Shown: positions 1 to 9,109 of the stretch, piece by piece
How the letters are laid out: each line of letters starts with the position of its first letter
How positions within the stretch are numbered: the stretch's first letter is position 1
Source: an uncultured virus (IMG/VR IMGVR_UViG_3300034082_004192)
Taxonomy: Duplodnaviria; Heunggongvirae; Uroviricota; Caudoviricetes
DNA: 20,000 bases
IMG/VR virus record: IMGVR_UViG_3300034082_004192
Coordinates: 56,243-76,242 of that record
Direction: 5' to 3' (one strand)
Translations under genes and position numbers: made by a program
Notes under the pieces: model-generated
Told to the model about the DNA's origin: nothing
The model's input: the letters and a program-made list of their open reading frames with translations, nothing else
Databases searched by the model: none

Positions 1-221
1 CCATTAAAAGCTTTTTTATATTCATTGAAGAAATAGTCTGTAAAATTCTTTGCAGTCCAATCCTTAAGATCTTCTGGGGCATCTTTCAAAGTTTTAACTA
101 TAGGCTTCTTGCGTTGACGTTTATTTGCTTGAAATGGATTTGATAATTCAGATTGAAGAGGAATGTGTTGCATGTAAATACCTTTCACAAAATCATAAGT
201 CGGATCACTAATTGCCTTCAT
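1..221 (-). CDS. hypothetical protein, 5' part (runs off the window edge); alternative start ATG at 173
   Basis: Open frame read manually: MKAISDPTYDFVKGIYMQHIPLQSELSNPF...WTAKNFTDYFFNEYKKAFN with no stop before base 1. ATG at 221 overlaps the upstream gene; ATG at 173 has AAAGGT upstream. Confidence 0.65.
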   Translation of the reverse strand, partial: MKAISDPTYDFVKGIYMQHIPLQSELSNPFQANKRQRKKPIVKTLKDAPEDLKDWTAKNFTDYFFNEYKKAFN

Positions 222-933
222 TTTCTTCCTCAATTACATCAAAATTTTGCATATCTTTTATCTCTTCTATAGTAGTTTCTTTTACTTTGGCTATGCCATT
301 TTCTTTATATACTAGATAATTTTTTGATGATATAAGGGCAAATTTTTCTGGAGAGTGAGTGATGAGTATATTTTGCAAACCTAATTCCGTATTATATTTC
401 TTCATAAATTTCAATAAATATTTCATTACACCATCCCTAGAAACAGCAGAAAATGCTTCATCTAAGAAATAAGCACCTGTGTATCCATTATAAGTTCCAA
501 AGGCAATACGCAATACATAACTGATTATTTCATGCAGTCCTCCTCCACTTGTTCCACGTAAAGGACGTTTTACTAACTCACCATCAATCAATTTTTCCAT
601 TACTGGCAGAATTGTAAATTGACTTGTATTTTCACTTTCCTTTTGGCTTATTTCTTTCATTTCCATAGTGAAAGTATAATCTTGACTATACATATCTCTT
701 GACCAAGCAGTAACTAATTCTTCAATTGAAGCAATTGCATTAAGTCTGGTTTCTTGTGCTATTTGGCGAATAAATATACTAGCTTTTTTGTTGAGTTCTT
801 TGTCAACTTCTAACTCTTTTATCTTACTTTCTTGTTCTTCTAAAAGAGTTTGTAAGGTTTTGCGTTCTGCTTCAAGAGTAATTAACTCTCTTTCAAGTTT
901 ACTACAAAAGCTTTTTATTTGTTGAAGATCCAA
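208..933 (-). CDS. SbcC/Rad50 (gp46-like) ABC ATPase, C-terminal half
   Basis: N-terminal coiled coil, then ABC signature (TSGGG), Walker B/D-loop (YFLDEAFSAVS) and H-loop (ILITH). No Walker A. TTG start preceded by GGAGAG. Confidence 0.88.
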   Translation of the reverse strand: MDLQQIKSFCSKLERELITLEAERKTLQTLLEEQESKIKELEVDKELNKKASIFIRQIAQETRLNAIASIEELVTAWSRDMYSQDYTFTMEMKEISQKESENTSQFTILPVMEKLIDGELVKRPLRGTSGGGLHEIISYVLRIAFGTYNGYTGAYFLDEAFSAVSRDGVMKYLLKFMKKYNTELGLQNILITHSPEKFALISSKNYLVYKENGIAKVKETTIEEIKDMQNFDVIEEENEGN

Positions 934-935
934 GA

Positions 936-1199
936 CTACTCTCCTTCAAGTTCAGCAACTTTATCTTGTAATTCCTGAAGTTTGCTTTCTAATTCGGATT
1001 GCTTATTTGTAATTAAGTTCTTAAGATCTTTTGGTTTGCAGCCATAATTGTTTTTGCAAGTTTGTACTAAATCATCATATTCAGTTTTAAATTGCTCAAG
1101 TTGTGGAGATAAAACTTGAACTTTACCTTCAGCATTTCCTTTTTTCTTTTTGTATCCTTCTATGTGATCTAGGATTTCTTTAGATGTCATTTTTTTCAT
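936..1199 (-). CDS. small coiled-coil protein, possible third piece or partner of the split Rad50
   Basis: 87 aa, heptad-rich. ATGA overlap with the nuclease stop codon; GGGGG SD-like sequence upstream. Confidence 0.75.
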   Translation of the reverse strand: MKKMTSKEILDHIEGYKKKKGNAEGKVQVLSPQLEQFKTEYDDLVQTCKNNYGCKPKDLKNLITNKQSELESKLQELQDKVAELEGE

Positions 1200-2197
1200 T
1201 CCCCCTTAATAGTCTTGGTATTGACAGTCTTAACAGCATTGATAGCTAAATCAATAATTTCATTGCTAATATTAGCGTTTTCTGCTTTAGTTCTTAGTGC
1301 GGAGAGTTTATCATCAAGATTTGTAAACTGCCATGATGTAGTTCTCATGTTTGCAACCTTAAGTTTAAACTCATGTGTATCTTTCTTAAGTTCTTTCGCT
1401 GCTTGCATTTCTTCAATCTTGAAAACTTCACTAGCTGGTTTTGCAGATTTAAGTTTGATATATTCTTCGTTTTGAATTTCACCATCCAATGTATAGTCAA
1501 GAATTAATATTTTAATGTCTTTTTCTAAATTGTCTCTTGACGCTGAATATCTGCTGATTGAACCAGGGTTTATAAATCGCTTTCCATCACTTCTTGTTTG
1601 CGTCATTTCATGATGTATATGACCTGAAATGACTAGATTTGTATTGGGATGCAAAGGTGTATCCTCGAAAAGATAAGCATATTCAGCAAACCTATCAAGT
1701 TTTGTTGAGATTGATGCATGACAAACCCAAATAATTGCTGATGAAGTTGTAAGAAAACCTTGCTTTATTTCTCTGTCTAGAGATGGAGTGTAATGAGCAA
1801 AAGATATACCCAAAGAAGGTTCATAGTCTTTCTTAATCAATAATCCAGCAGAAATAAGTGTTCCTAAAGCAGTCTTTTCAAGATTTGAAGAACTATCAAG
1901 ATCGTGATTTCCTACACAAATATAGATAGGAAATGACCAAGGTTTATTACCATTTGGTATACCTTTCAAAATTTCCAAAGTTTGATTTCGTAAAAGTGGT
2001 CCAACTTCATAAACTTCAAATAGATCGCCAAGAAGAACAACGGCATCAAGCTTTCTTTCTTCAGCAATTTGAAAACATTCAATAAGCTTTGTTCTGATTG
2101 ATAAACTATAATCATCAAGTCTATTTTTTGGTTGCCTGTCCATTAAATGGATATCACCAACAAACATGACTTTATTTTGTTTAATTATATTATTCAT
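1196..2197 (-). CDS. SbcD/Mre11 (gp47-like) metallophosphoesterase nuclease
   Basis: Calcineurin-like motifs GDIH, GDLFE, GNHD, GHIH and NPGS. Start moved to ATG 2197, which overlaps the upstream TGA as ATGA. Confidence 0.92.
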   Translation of the reverse strand: MNNIIKQNKVMFVGDIHLMDRQPKNRLDDYSLSIRTKLIECFQIAEERKLDAVVLLGDLFEVYEVGPLLRNQTLEILKGIPNGNKPWSFPIYICVGNHDLDSSSNLEKTALGTLISAGLLIKKDYEPSLGISFAHYTPSLDREIKQGFLTTSSAIIWVCHASISTKLDRFAEYAYLFEDTPLHPNTNLVISGHIHHEMTQTRSDGKRFINPGSISRYSASRDNLEKDIKILILDYTLDGEIQNEEYIKLKSAKPASEVFKIEEMQAAKELKKDTHEFKLKVANMRTTSWQFTNLDDKLSALRTKAENANISNEIIDLAINAVKTVNTKTIKGE

Positions 2198-3339
2198 GAT
2201 AGTCTCTGGCACACACAGAATCTTCCACAGGATTCACAGCTTTCAAAATTTTCTCTAGCGTAAGTCTCCAAAGATTCAATCTCTTCATCACATTCTTTGA
2301 TAATTTGATTTAGTTTTTCAATATCTTCTAATTTAGCATCAATTTTTGAGTTTGTATTTTCAATATCAGAATCCAGCTTCTCCATAGTTAATAATTCAGT
2401 ATGAATGGAATCACAGTTAGAAATAAGTTGACCTATATCACCTTCAGCAATTTCGTAATAATGATTGTAACTCTTTTCAGCAGTTTTATATTGAGTCACT
2501 TTATTTGAAATATTTTCGATTAAAATAAGACCATCTGATATGTCATTATAATTTTTAGTCAACTCTGGAATAATTGTGCTATAAAGTTCTTCAAGTGCTT
2601 CATATTTGATTTTTTCATTTTTACAATCAACATATTGTTTGTAAGCTTTGTAAAAATCATCAACAAATTCTTCTAAAGTATCAATTTCAGACTCTAAATT
2701 TTCATAATCTTGAATGAGATCTTTGAGCTTATTGAAATTTTCTATTCTTTCATCAAGATTTTCAAATGGCTTTAATTTTGTTTTGGTAGAATCAAGTTCG
2801 GCAGACACTCTTTTTATATCCGCTGAAATTTTATTAACTTCAGAGTTAAGTAATGATCCTGCTTGTTCTAGATCATCTAATCTTAAGAGTTTTGAAATAT
2901 CTTTTGGTATCGATGTATCTGTAGAATTGATAAGAAATAATTTATCTTCTTGAGTGGCAAAAGGAACATAAGCATGAGCTGTCCTTGGTGTATGTCCGAT
3001 AAATTCTACAACATCTTTTGGAAGATCAGAGCCAAATTTTGCGTGTTTGACAAGTTCTAGTCCAAAATACTGATACTCTACTTCATTTACAGTGCCTTTA
3101 GTTCGTTTTAAGTAATCGCCATTCTTAAAAATGACAGTTATTTCAGTATTTTTCTGTCCATTTTTAACATCATATGACTTCCATTCATTCTCAAATACAA
3201 ACATGAATGCACGAAACAAAGCTGACTTGCCACAGTCAGATGAACCTGTAATTACTGTCAAACCAGATCCAAAAGTTAAAAAAGTATCTTCGTGATTCTG
3301 AAAATTCTTTATACGAATGCTTTCTATATGCCTATTCAT
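2194..3339 (-). CDS. SbcC/Rad50 (gp46-like) ABC ATPase, N-terminal half ending in the zinc hook
   Basis: IRIKNFQNH start, Walker A GSSDCGKS, Q-loop region (FATQED), long coiled coil, C-terminal CESC (CxxC). Confidence 0.9.
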   Translation of the reverse strand: MNRHIESIRIKNFQNHEDTFLTFGSGLTVITGSSDCGKSALFRAFMFVFENEWKSYDVKNGQKNTEITVIFKNGDYLKRTKGTVNEVEYQYFGLELVKHAKFGSDLPKDVVEFIGHTPRTAHAYVPFATQEDKLFLINSTDTSIPKDISKLLRLDDLEQAGSLLNSEVNKISADIKRVSAELDSTKTKLKPFENLDERIENFNKLKDLIQDYENLESEIDTLEEFVDDFYKAYKQYVDCKNEKIKYEALEELYSTIIPELTKNYNDISDGLILIENISNKVTQYKTAEKSYNHYYEIAEGDIGQLISNCDSIHTELLTMEKLDSDIENTNSKIDAKLEDIEKLNQIIKECDEEIESLETYARENFESCESCGRFCVCQRLS

Positions 3340-3821
3340 CGTATTAGCATTGTAGACAATATATCTGGAAAATGCAAGTCTACAAAATCTAATCTAGCTC
3401 TTTGGATAGAGCTTGGTATATCAAAAACATTTGGAATTTCAATTTTATATAGTTCTGCTCTAATTAATTTTATTGGATTGTTGGTCATAGGGCAACATTT
3501 ATTTGTTTTGCCATTATGTAATTTATTGCAACTCATACAAAGAAATTCAGCAGACTTAAAATATGGTATGAAAAAATCAACTGTAATATCAAGTTCTATC
3601 TTACGAAATTTTATATATGTGTGATTATTAAAATCTTTATAATTATCACATATCTTTCTAAACGTATTTCCTTTATTGTCTACAGTCAAAGTAGATGGTA
3701 TCTTGATTTCATAATCATTGGGAAAAACAAATTTAGTATCAGACAACATGCCTGGAACTGCCAAACAGCATAGGAGTTCATTGTTCATTTGTGAAAATCT
3801 ATATAATGCTGGCTTCTTCAT
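3336..3821 (-). CDS. hypothetical protein with a Cys cluster (CMSC...CCP); possible alternative start at 3788
   Basis: 161-aa ORF with ATGA overlap onto the Rad50 N-half start. Confidence 0.65.
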   Translation of the reverse strand: MKKPALYRFSQMNNELLCCLAVPGMLSDTKFVFPNDYEIKIPSTLTVDNKGNTFRKICDNYKDFNNHTYIKFRKIELDITVDFFIPYFKSAEFLCMSCNKLHNGKTNKCCPMTNNPIKLIRAELYKIEIPNVFDIPSSIQRARLDFVDLHFPDILSTMLIR

Positions 3822-3832
3822 GGGAGGGAATT

Positions 3833-4030
3833 GTGAAAATTAGTATTGATCGGGATATGCTACTTACAGAATTATACGATTTACGAGCAATTTTGACAGA
3901 AGCAGCGTTAGAATCAGATGAGGCTAGAAAAGGGAAGCTTAAGCTAGATGAGATTCTGACTATGATTATGAATAGCCCTCAATCAGAAAACAATTCATCT
4001 TATCCAAAGCCAAAATTAAGGAGAGGTTAA
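3833..4030 (+). CDS. small hypothetical protein
   Basis: GTG at 3833 preceded by GGAGG and by TATAAT (3802-3807). TAATG coupling to the next gene. Confidence 0.6.
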   Translation: MKISIDRDMLLTELYDLRAILTEAALESDEARKGKLKLDEILTMIMNSPQSENNSSYPKPKLRRG

Positions 4031-4260
4031 TGACACAGGTAAGACTGGAAGAAATTTTATCACAAGAACAAATTTCCAACAATGAATTAGCGGAAATATT
4101 AGGGGATATGTTTGTTTCATTTAGCAAGCATCTGAAAGACTTAAAAAATCAATTGAGTTCTCTTAGTGAAGAATTGGACGACTTAAAAAAAGAAATCCAA
4201 GCTATAGAAGATCAATCTAAGCTTGGATTTGGAATAATTTTAGAGGATGAGGAAGATTAA
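4030..4260 (+). CDS. small acidic coiled-coil protein
   Basis: 76-aa ORF with GGAGAGG SD. Its stop overlaps the convergent gene's stop (TTAA, 4257-4260). Confidence 0.7.
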   Translation: MTQVRLEEILSQEQISNNELAEILGDMFVSFSKHLKDLKNQLSSLSEELDDLKKEIQAIEDQSKLGFGIILEDEED

Positions 4261-4727
4261 TCTTCCTCATCAATCATTTTAATTCTGACAATAAATGGTT
4301 GATCTGTCTCATAACTAGCCCAAGTGGAAGAATCTATCTGATAAACGTCTGTACTTCCAGTGTGAGGACAAACAATATTAGGCTGATCATCCTTGCTGTT
4401 CATAACAACATCAATTACTGATAAACGATTACGATCTTTTTTGAACGCTGATTCATTCAAAGTTGTATCAAAATCAGTATCAATAATTCCCAAAGATCTT
4501 TCACCTTCTTCAGTTAGATCATCGTCATCCATATCATCAAGAAGATCAATATCGTCCACAGGAACTTCAATTTCAACAGTTACGCCATCTCGTACAACAT
4601 ACATCTTTTCAAACTTCATGTTATGTGAATCACCGTCCACTCCCATAAGTTCATCCATAGCAGCCCTAGTTTGTGCTTCAGCTGTTTTTTCATCTACAAT
4701 TACGCCAGCAACTTTTCGTTCTTCCAT
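4257..4727 (-). CDS. acidic hypothetical protein
   Basis: 156-aa D/E-rich ORF with AGGA SD; C-terminal CPHTGS segment. Confidence 0.75.
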   Translation of the reverse strand: MEERKVAGVIVDEKTAEAQTRAAMDELMGVDGDSHNMKFEKMYVVRDGVTVEIEVPVDDIDLLDDMDDDDLTEEGERSLGIIDTDFDTTLNESAFKKDRNRLSVIDVVMNSKDDQPNIVCPHTGSTDVYQIDSSTWASYETDQPFIVRIKMIDEED

Positions 4728-4735
4728 CTTGTTTC

Positions 4736-5578
4736 CTATGCTATATTTTTGTCAGTAAAATCATAAAGATTGAAATTTATCTTTATTGGGTAATTTAATC
4801 CGCCAATAGGAATGAATGTAAATACTTCAGGCACATTCTTTTCTACCTTGATACATAATACATCTGATTCTTTTTTGACAGATACAAAATCAGTCATTGT
4901 AATTTTACCCTTATGTGAAAATACAAGCAATCCATCACCACCACGAGGAGAGAAAGACATCTTCATAATTCCTGATTTACGAGGAATTACGGTGAGCTTT
5001 ATATCAGAACCATATTGACCTAAAACTGTGCCTTCAATCTTTTCTCCAATTACAACTGATGATGGAATTTTCATATAAACATCTAGAGATTTTTCTAGCT
5101 TGTAATCTAACTGCAAAACATCAAGGTAATTTATTGGATTGTTCTCTACACCCAATCTGCATACTACCCTATCATTTTGCTGAAATTCGCCCTCAATAAT
5201 GCCAGATATAGTATCTTCTGGATCTAATATGCAGTAGACATTAAGAAGGGCAGTAGTTTGTTTGGCTGTGAAGAAGTTTCTGATTGAATATGCGCCTGCT
5301 CTGTCTGGTAAAAAGTGAGCATTGAAAGATTTTTTTAATGACTTCACTTTAAGATCAGAATTCATATAAAACTTTTGTGGTTTATCTGTTCCATTTTTAT
5401 AATGAACAAAATATCTCACTCTTGTATTTTGGGTGTATTTCCTATCGTGTAATATTCCTGACTTATTAATTGTTTCTGGGTTATTCAAGTATAACAAATA
5501 AGATGTTTGTTGAGAATTTAAAATAAATAAAGCCGCAATCAAGCATTTGATCACAGCATATAACTTAAGAGAGAACGC
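4736..5578 (-). CDS. putative exported protein with DUF3370-like motifs
   Basis: ATG 5578-region start (MAFSLK; position approximate) after GGAGGG. Hydrophobic N-terminus. Motifs LNNPE..GIL, HYKNGT, GQYGS and SPRGG recall the NxPE/HxN/GNYGV/PRGG pattern of that family. Confidence 0.55.
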   Translation of the reverse strand, partial: AFSLKLYAVIKCLIAALFILNSQQTSYLLYLNNPETINKSGILHDRKYTQNTRVRYFVHYKNGTDKPQKFYMNSDLKVKSLKKSFNAHFLPDRAGAYSIRNFFTAKQTTALLNVYCILDPEDTISGIIEGEFQQNDRVVCRLGVENNPINYLDVLQLDYKLEKSLDVYMKIPSSVVIGEKIEGTVLGQYGSDIKLTVIPRKSGIMKMSFSPRGGDGLLVFSHKGKITMTDFVSVKKESDVLCIKVEKNVPEVFTFIPIGGLNYPIKINFNLYDFTDKNIA

Positions 5579-5691
5579 CATTGTTAAACCCTCCAAGGAC
5601 TAACGTTAAACTAGCTTTAATATTCTAGATATAAAGGGCTGAAAACTCCTTAAAAAGAAAAGTAATCATATCTCATATTTGGAACCAGTTT

Positions 5692-8235
5692 ATGTTCAAT
5701 TTTAAAAAATACGTATCAGCTGCAGATTTGTCTAAAAGAGTTAATCCTGAAGATATTCCAGGAGAGACTGTAGAACAAAAAGCTGCCTATATTTCTGAAT
5801 ACCTTGATAGAGAAATTGGTGAAAAATTAGCAGCTGGAGAAATTGGTATTGAGGCTGCTTACAAATTGCTTGCAGAAACAAAGGTAACTGGTGTTTCAGA
5901 GCAATTCCAATTCTTAGAGAGATATAGATCAAATATCGCAAACTTATTACAGTCTGCTGCAACTATTAAGTCTACATTGTCACAAACAGAATTATCAAAA
6001 GAGCAAATTTCTCAATTAATAATCAGAAAATTATTAGAAAGAACAAATCAAGTTTTTATTCCAGAGCTTGTTGAACTAAGTAGAACTGATAAAAGAAGCA
6101 CTGATGAAGTAAGCGTAATATTGGATAAACTTCCTGATTATCAAGATCCTGATGAAATTACTTCAATCAAATTATGGATATCTAGAGAAATACAAAAAGA
6201 AATTCAGGGCATTATTGAAGAATTTCTTGAAATGAAAGATAGAGCATTAAGAATTCCAAACTTTGATGAAAATGACTTAAGAACTATCGTCATAAACACA
6301 AGAGGTGAAGCTTTGAAAATTTTATTCCCAGATCGGCGTAAAACTTCCAAAAATCCTTTACCATCAAAATTTACCGACCCTGTTGTAATTAGAGACGTTG
6401 AAAATATCAATGATGATATTCAAAAATTAATCAGAAGAACAAATTTTAAGTCAGATTGGGGATGGACAAAAATCTTATCTCTATCCAATAAATTAAGTCA
6501 AGAAGAAATTGCACGATGGAGTAAGCTGATAGATCACCCTGTTGAACTTAATTTATATAAAATTCTTACAAATGCAGGTTTGATGAGTGTTGGTACATCT
6601 AGTACTGGCGCTGAAGAACCTGTCAAAGTTAAGGAGTTGGGTTTCAACAATCCTGAATTAAGATCTAAGTATTATAGAATTTTCTTCCCAGCTTTTGATC
6701 CTGCTAGTGGTTTGCCTTTCATATCTGAATCTGAAAATAGATACATACAAGAAACTTTTGGCGGAAGAGATCCTAGAACATTTCAATATGGCGATGATAG
6801 AAGAATGGATTTTATCAAACGTTCTCAATTTAGAGAAAAAATGAATTACGCCAAAGAACGCTTATATGAGTTTATTACAAATGGTTATGATGGGCCTGCT
6901 CTTTATAAGCTTATAAATTCTAAAGAACTTTCTTTAGATGAGGGCGGATTAGCCATCCAATATTATTTTAGAAGTATTTGCAAATCAAACCTCAATAGAT
7001 TCATTGCAGATTTGAGAGACATTGGACTTTCTGAACATTATGATTCATTATCAGCCAAAGGTATGAAAGCTGATCCAAATTATGAGGGTTTGAGATTGAT
7101 AACTAGATCTACTGAAGAAGCAAAGATCATTCAAATACTAAGAAATCAATTTTACATTGACGCTGTTCCTTACCAAGTGTTGATTCCAGTCCCTACAGAT
7201 TGCCCTACAAATAATAACAATTTTGATGTTGATTTTATGATGTATGTTGACACTCTAGAATATATTGACCCAGTATCATTTATGCCTGTGATAAAGCCAA
7301 AAATTATGTTTGTTGGAGAGTATTTTGGTTTTGACAGTGATAAAGATAAAACAATTATTGATAGAGGCGTATCATGGGTAGACCCTGATGGAAATATATT
7401 CACACCATCACCTAGAAGATCTTCAGTTAATGGAGAAATCTTAAAAGAGTTTGAGCCAATTTCACCCGGAAATAAAGCTTCTGAAGGTGGAGTTTACGAA
7501 CTTAAAACTTTGTGGAAAAAAAGAACATATGAGGCGATCTCTCACATAGTGGGAGCAGACAACTTGTATTTTGACGAACAAGACATAAAACAGCCTTACT
7601 ATACTATTGCACAAAAGCTTGATGAAAAAGACATCATTTACACTTTTTCAGGATACAAATCAACTAATTTCTGCAAAGCAAAAAAATTAATTGATGCAAG
7701 TTTAGATTTTGAATTAAAAGAAAAACTTGACAGTCCTGAATATCAAATGCAACAACTCAATGACGATAAAAATAAATGCCTTAGAGTAATTGAATCAGCA
7801 ATTTTACATTATAAAATGCAAAAAGCTTTAAGACAAGCAAAAAAAGAATTTATAGGAAAATCTGGTTTTGATAGACAGACATTAGCTTCGCATAAAAGTT
7901 ATGTGGATGGTTTGAGAGCTAATATCAACAATGGTCTCAGAATCATAAATAGTCCAAATTCATCAATGGATCAAAGAATTTCTGCACAAAATATGATTCA
8001 ACAAAATCAAAGTGAATTTAATAGCTTAAACGAATCTCCTTTACTTACATTCAAGAAAAGATTTGAAGAAATTTTGACTGATCAAAAGCATATGGCAATT
8101 TTAGATCAATTTAATGAACTCAAAAAATCTATAGAAAATGGATCAATTTCTCCAGACTTACAAAAACTCAGAATATATCTTCTTGAAATAGACGAAGGTG
8201 TGTTTGGATTTGTCCCTGATCCAGAACAATTATAA
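5692..8235 (+). CDS. large protein (847 aa), possibly virion-internal, with an embedded PD-(D/E)XK-like endonuclease domain
   Basis: Long ORF. Motifs RSTEEAKIIQIL, FDVDF, VGEYFG and YELKTLWKKRTY. N-terminus MFNFKKYVSAA. Confidence 0.7.
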   Translation: MFNFKKYVSAADLSKRVNPEDIPGETVEQKAAYISEYLDREIGEKLAAGEIGIEAAYKLLAETKVTGVSEQFQFLERYRSNIANLLQSAATIKSTLSQTELSKEQISQLIIRKLLERTNQVFIPELVELSRTDKRSTDEVSVILDKLPDYQDPDEITSIKLWISREIQKEIQGIIEEFLEMKDRALRIPNFDENDLRTIVINTRGEALKILFPDRRKTSKNPLPSKFTDPVVIRDVENINDDIQKLIRRTNFKSDWGWTKILSLSNKLSQEEIARWSKLIDHPVELNLYKILTNAGLMSVGTSSTGAEEPVKVKELGFNNPELRSKYYRIFFPAFDPASGLPFISESENRYIQETFGGRDPRTFQYGDDRRMDFIKRSQFREKMNYAKERLYEFITNGYDGPALYKLINSKELSLDEGGLAIQYYFRSICKSNLNRFIADLRDIGLSEHYDSLSAKGMKADPNYEGLRLITRSTEEAKIIQILRNQFYIDAVPYQVLIPVPTDCPTNNNNFDVDFMMYVDTLEYIDPVSFMPVIKPKIMFVGEYFGFDSDKDKTIIDRGVSWVDPDGNIFTPSPRRSSVNGEILKEFEPISPGNKASEGGVYELKTLWKKRTYEAISHIVGADNLYFDEQDIKQPYYTIAQKLDEKDIIYTFSGYKSTNFCKAKKLIDASLDFELKEKLDSPEYQMQQLNDDKNKCLRVIESAILHYKMQKALRQAKKEFIGKSGFDRQTLASHKSYVDGLRANINNGLRIINSPNSSMDQRISAQNMIQQNQSEFNSLNESPLLTFKKRFEEILTDQKHMAILDQFNELKKSIENGSISPDLQKLRIYLLEIDEGVFGFVPDPEQL

Positions 8236-8236
8236 T

Positions 8237-9109
8237 ATGGCAATTTACACGTCGGATCACATTGGTAAATGGTACTGGCTTAAGTATGACAATAAAATTG
8301 TCTTAGCTGAAGAATTTACTACTGAATTATCTAGATCAGTTTCAAATAAAAAATTGATTCAAGGTGATGCTGGAGTTCATGTTATGTCTGTAAATGGCAA
8401 AACTATGACAAGTACTATTAGTTCGGATGTTTTAATAGAAATACCACAACCAAAGTCCCTTATAAATGGACCAGTTCCTAGTGTTGTAATTCCACCTTAC
8501 AACCCTGGATACAAAGATGTTTTGGATTTATTGATTGATGACTTTGCATTGATAAGAGCAAATTTATATAATCCCGATTATTGGTATATGCGGCCTAAAA
8601 ATCTTCTTACTTCTGCTTCTCTTCAAATAGGAAACACAATTAGATGTTCATTAAATTACAATGCATACTATGATCAAATTTTTGAACTAATACAATTTGC
8701 TGATGTTTTTCCTTCAAACTATGATTTTTTAGCTAGAGTGGCTAAAAACTATGATTGTAGATTTTATGCTACAGACGGATATGATCATTTATTAAAAGTA
8801 TTATCAGGATCAATTAATATTACTGTAAATTATTCTAAAATGTATCTTGCTGGAACGGAGTCAGAATATCCAATCTACTCTCCACAAGGATATGAAGTTT
8901 CTGGTTCTATTACGATACCAGCCAGAAGTTGGAATCAATTAAGAGACTTATTTAATTCAAAAGTTGTTACTTACACAAACTTTTCTTTACTTGTAGGCAC
9001 TAGATATTTAAGATTAGGCCAAGCAGTAATTGAAGATAAAATGAATTTAACAATGGGTGATAATTTAATGACAGCTGAAATTTCATTCAAAGGATACGGA
9101 AGACTGTAA
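8237..9109 (+). CDS. putative tail-tube-like structural protein (paralog 1)
   Basis: Beta-rich pattern (SGSINITVN, GYEVSGSITIP, MTAEISF) that aligns by eye with the next gene. Start moved to ATG 8237, just after the upstream stop. Confidence 0.5.
   Translation: MAIYTSDHIGKWYWLKYDNKIVLAEEFTTELSRSVSNKKLIQGDAGVHVMSVNGKTMTSTISSDVLIEIPQPKSLINGPVPSVVIPPYNPGYKDVLDLLIDDFALIRANLYNPDYWYMRPKNLLTSASLQIGNTIRCSLNYNAYYDQIFELIQFADVFPSNYDFLARVAKNYDCRFYATDGYDHLLKVLSGSINITVNYSKMYLAGTESEYPIYSPQGYEVSGSITIPARSWNQLRDLFNSKVVTYTNFSLLVGTRYLRLGQAVIEDKMNLTMGDNLMTAEISFKGYGRL

Noticed and set aside
208..1199. Stop-codon recoding (TAG read-through) fusing the 87-aa gene to the Rad50 C-half
   Set aside because: The two ORFs are in different frames, the C-half has its own SD and TTG start, and long ORFs across the window are intact under the standard code.
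936..2197. Intron or intein interrupting Rad50
   Set aside because: The intervening DNA is fully occupied by the cognate Mre11 gene and a coupled ORF; no splicing motifs or homing endonuclease are visible.
4030..4110. XRE-type HTH at the start of the 76-aa protein (LEEILSQEQISNNELAEILG)
   Set aside because: Only the first helices resemble an HTH; the expected recognition helix is replaced by coiled-coil-like sequence.
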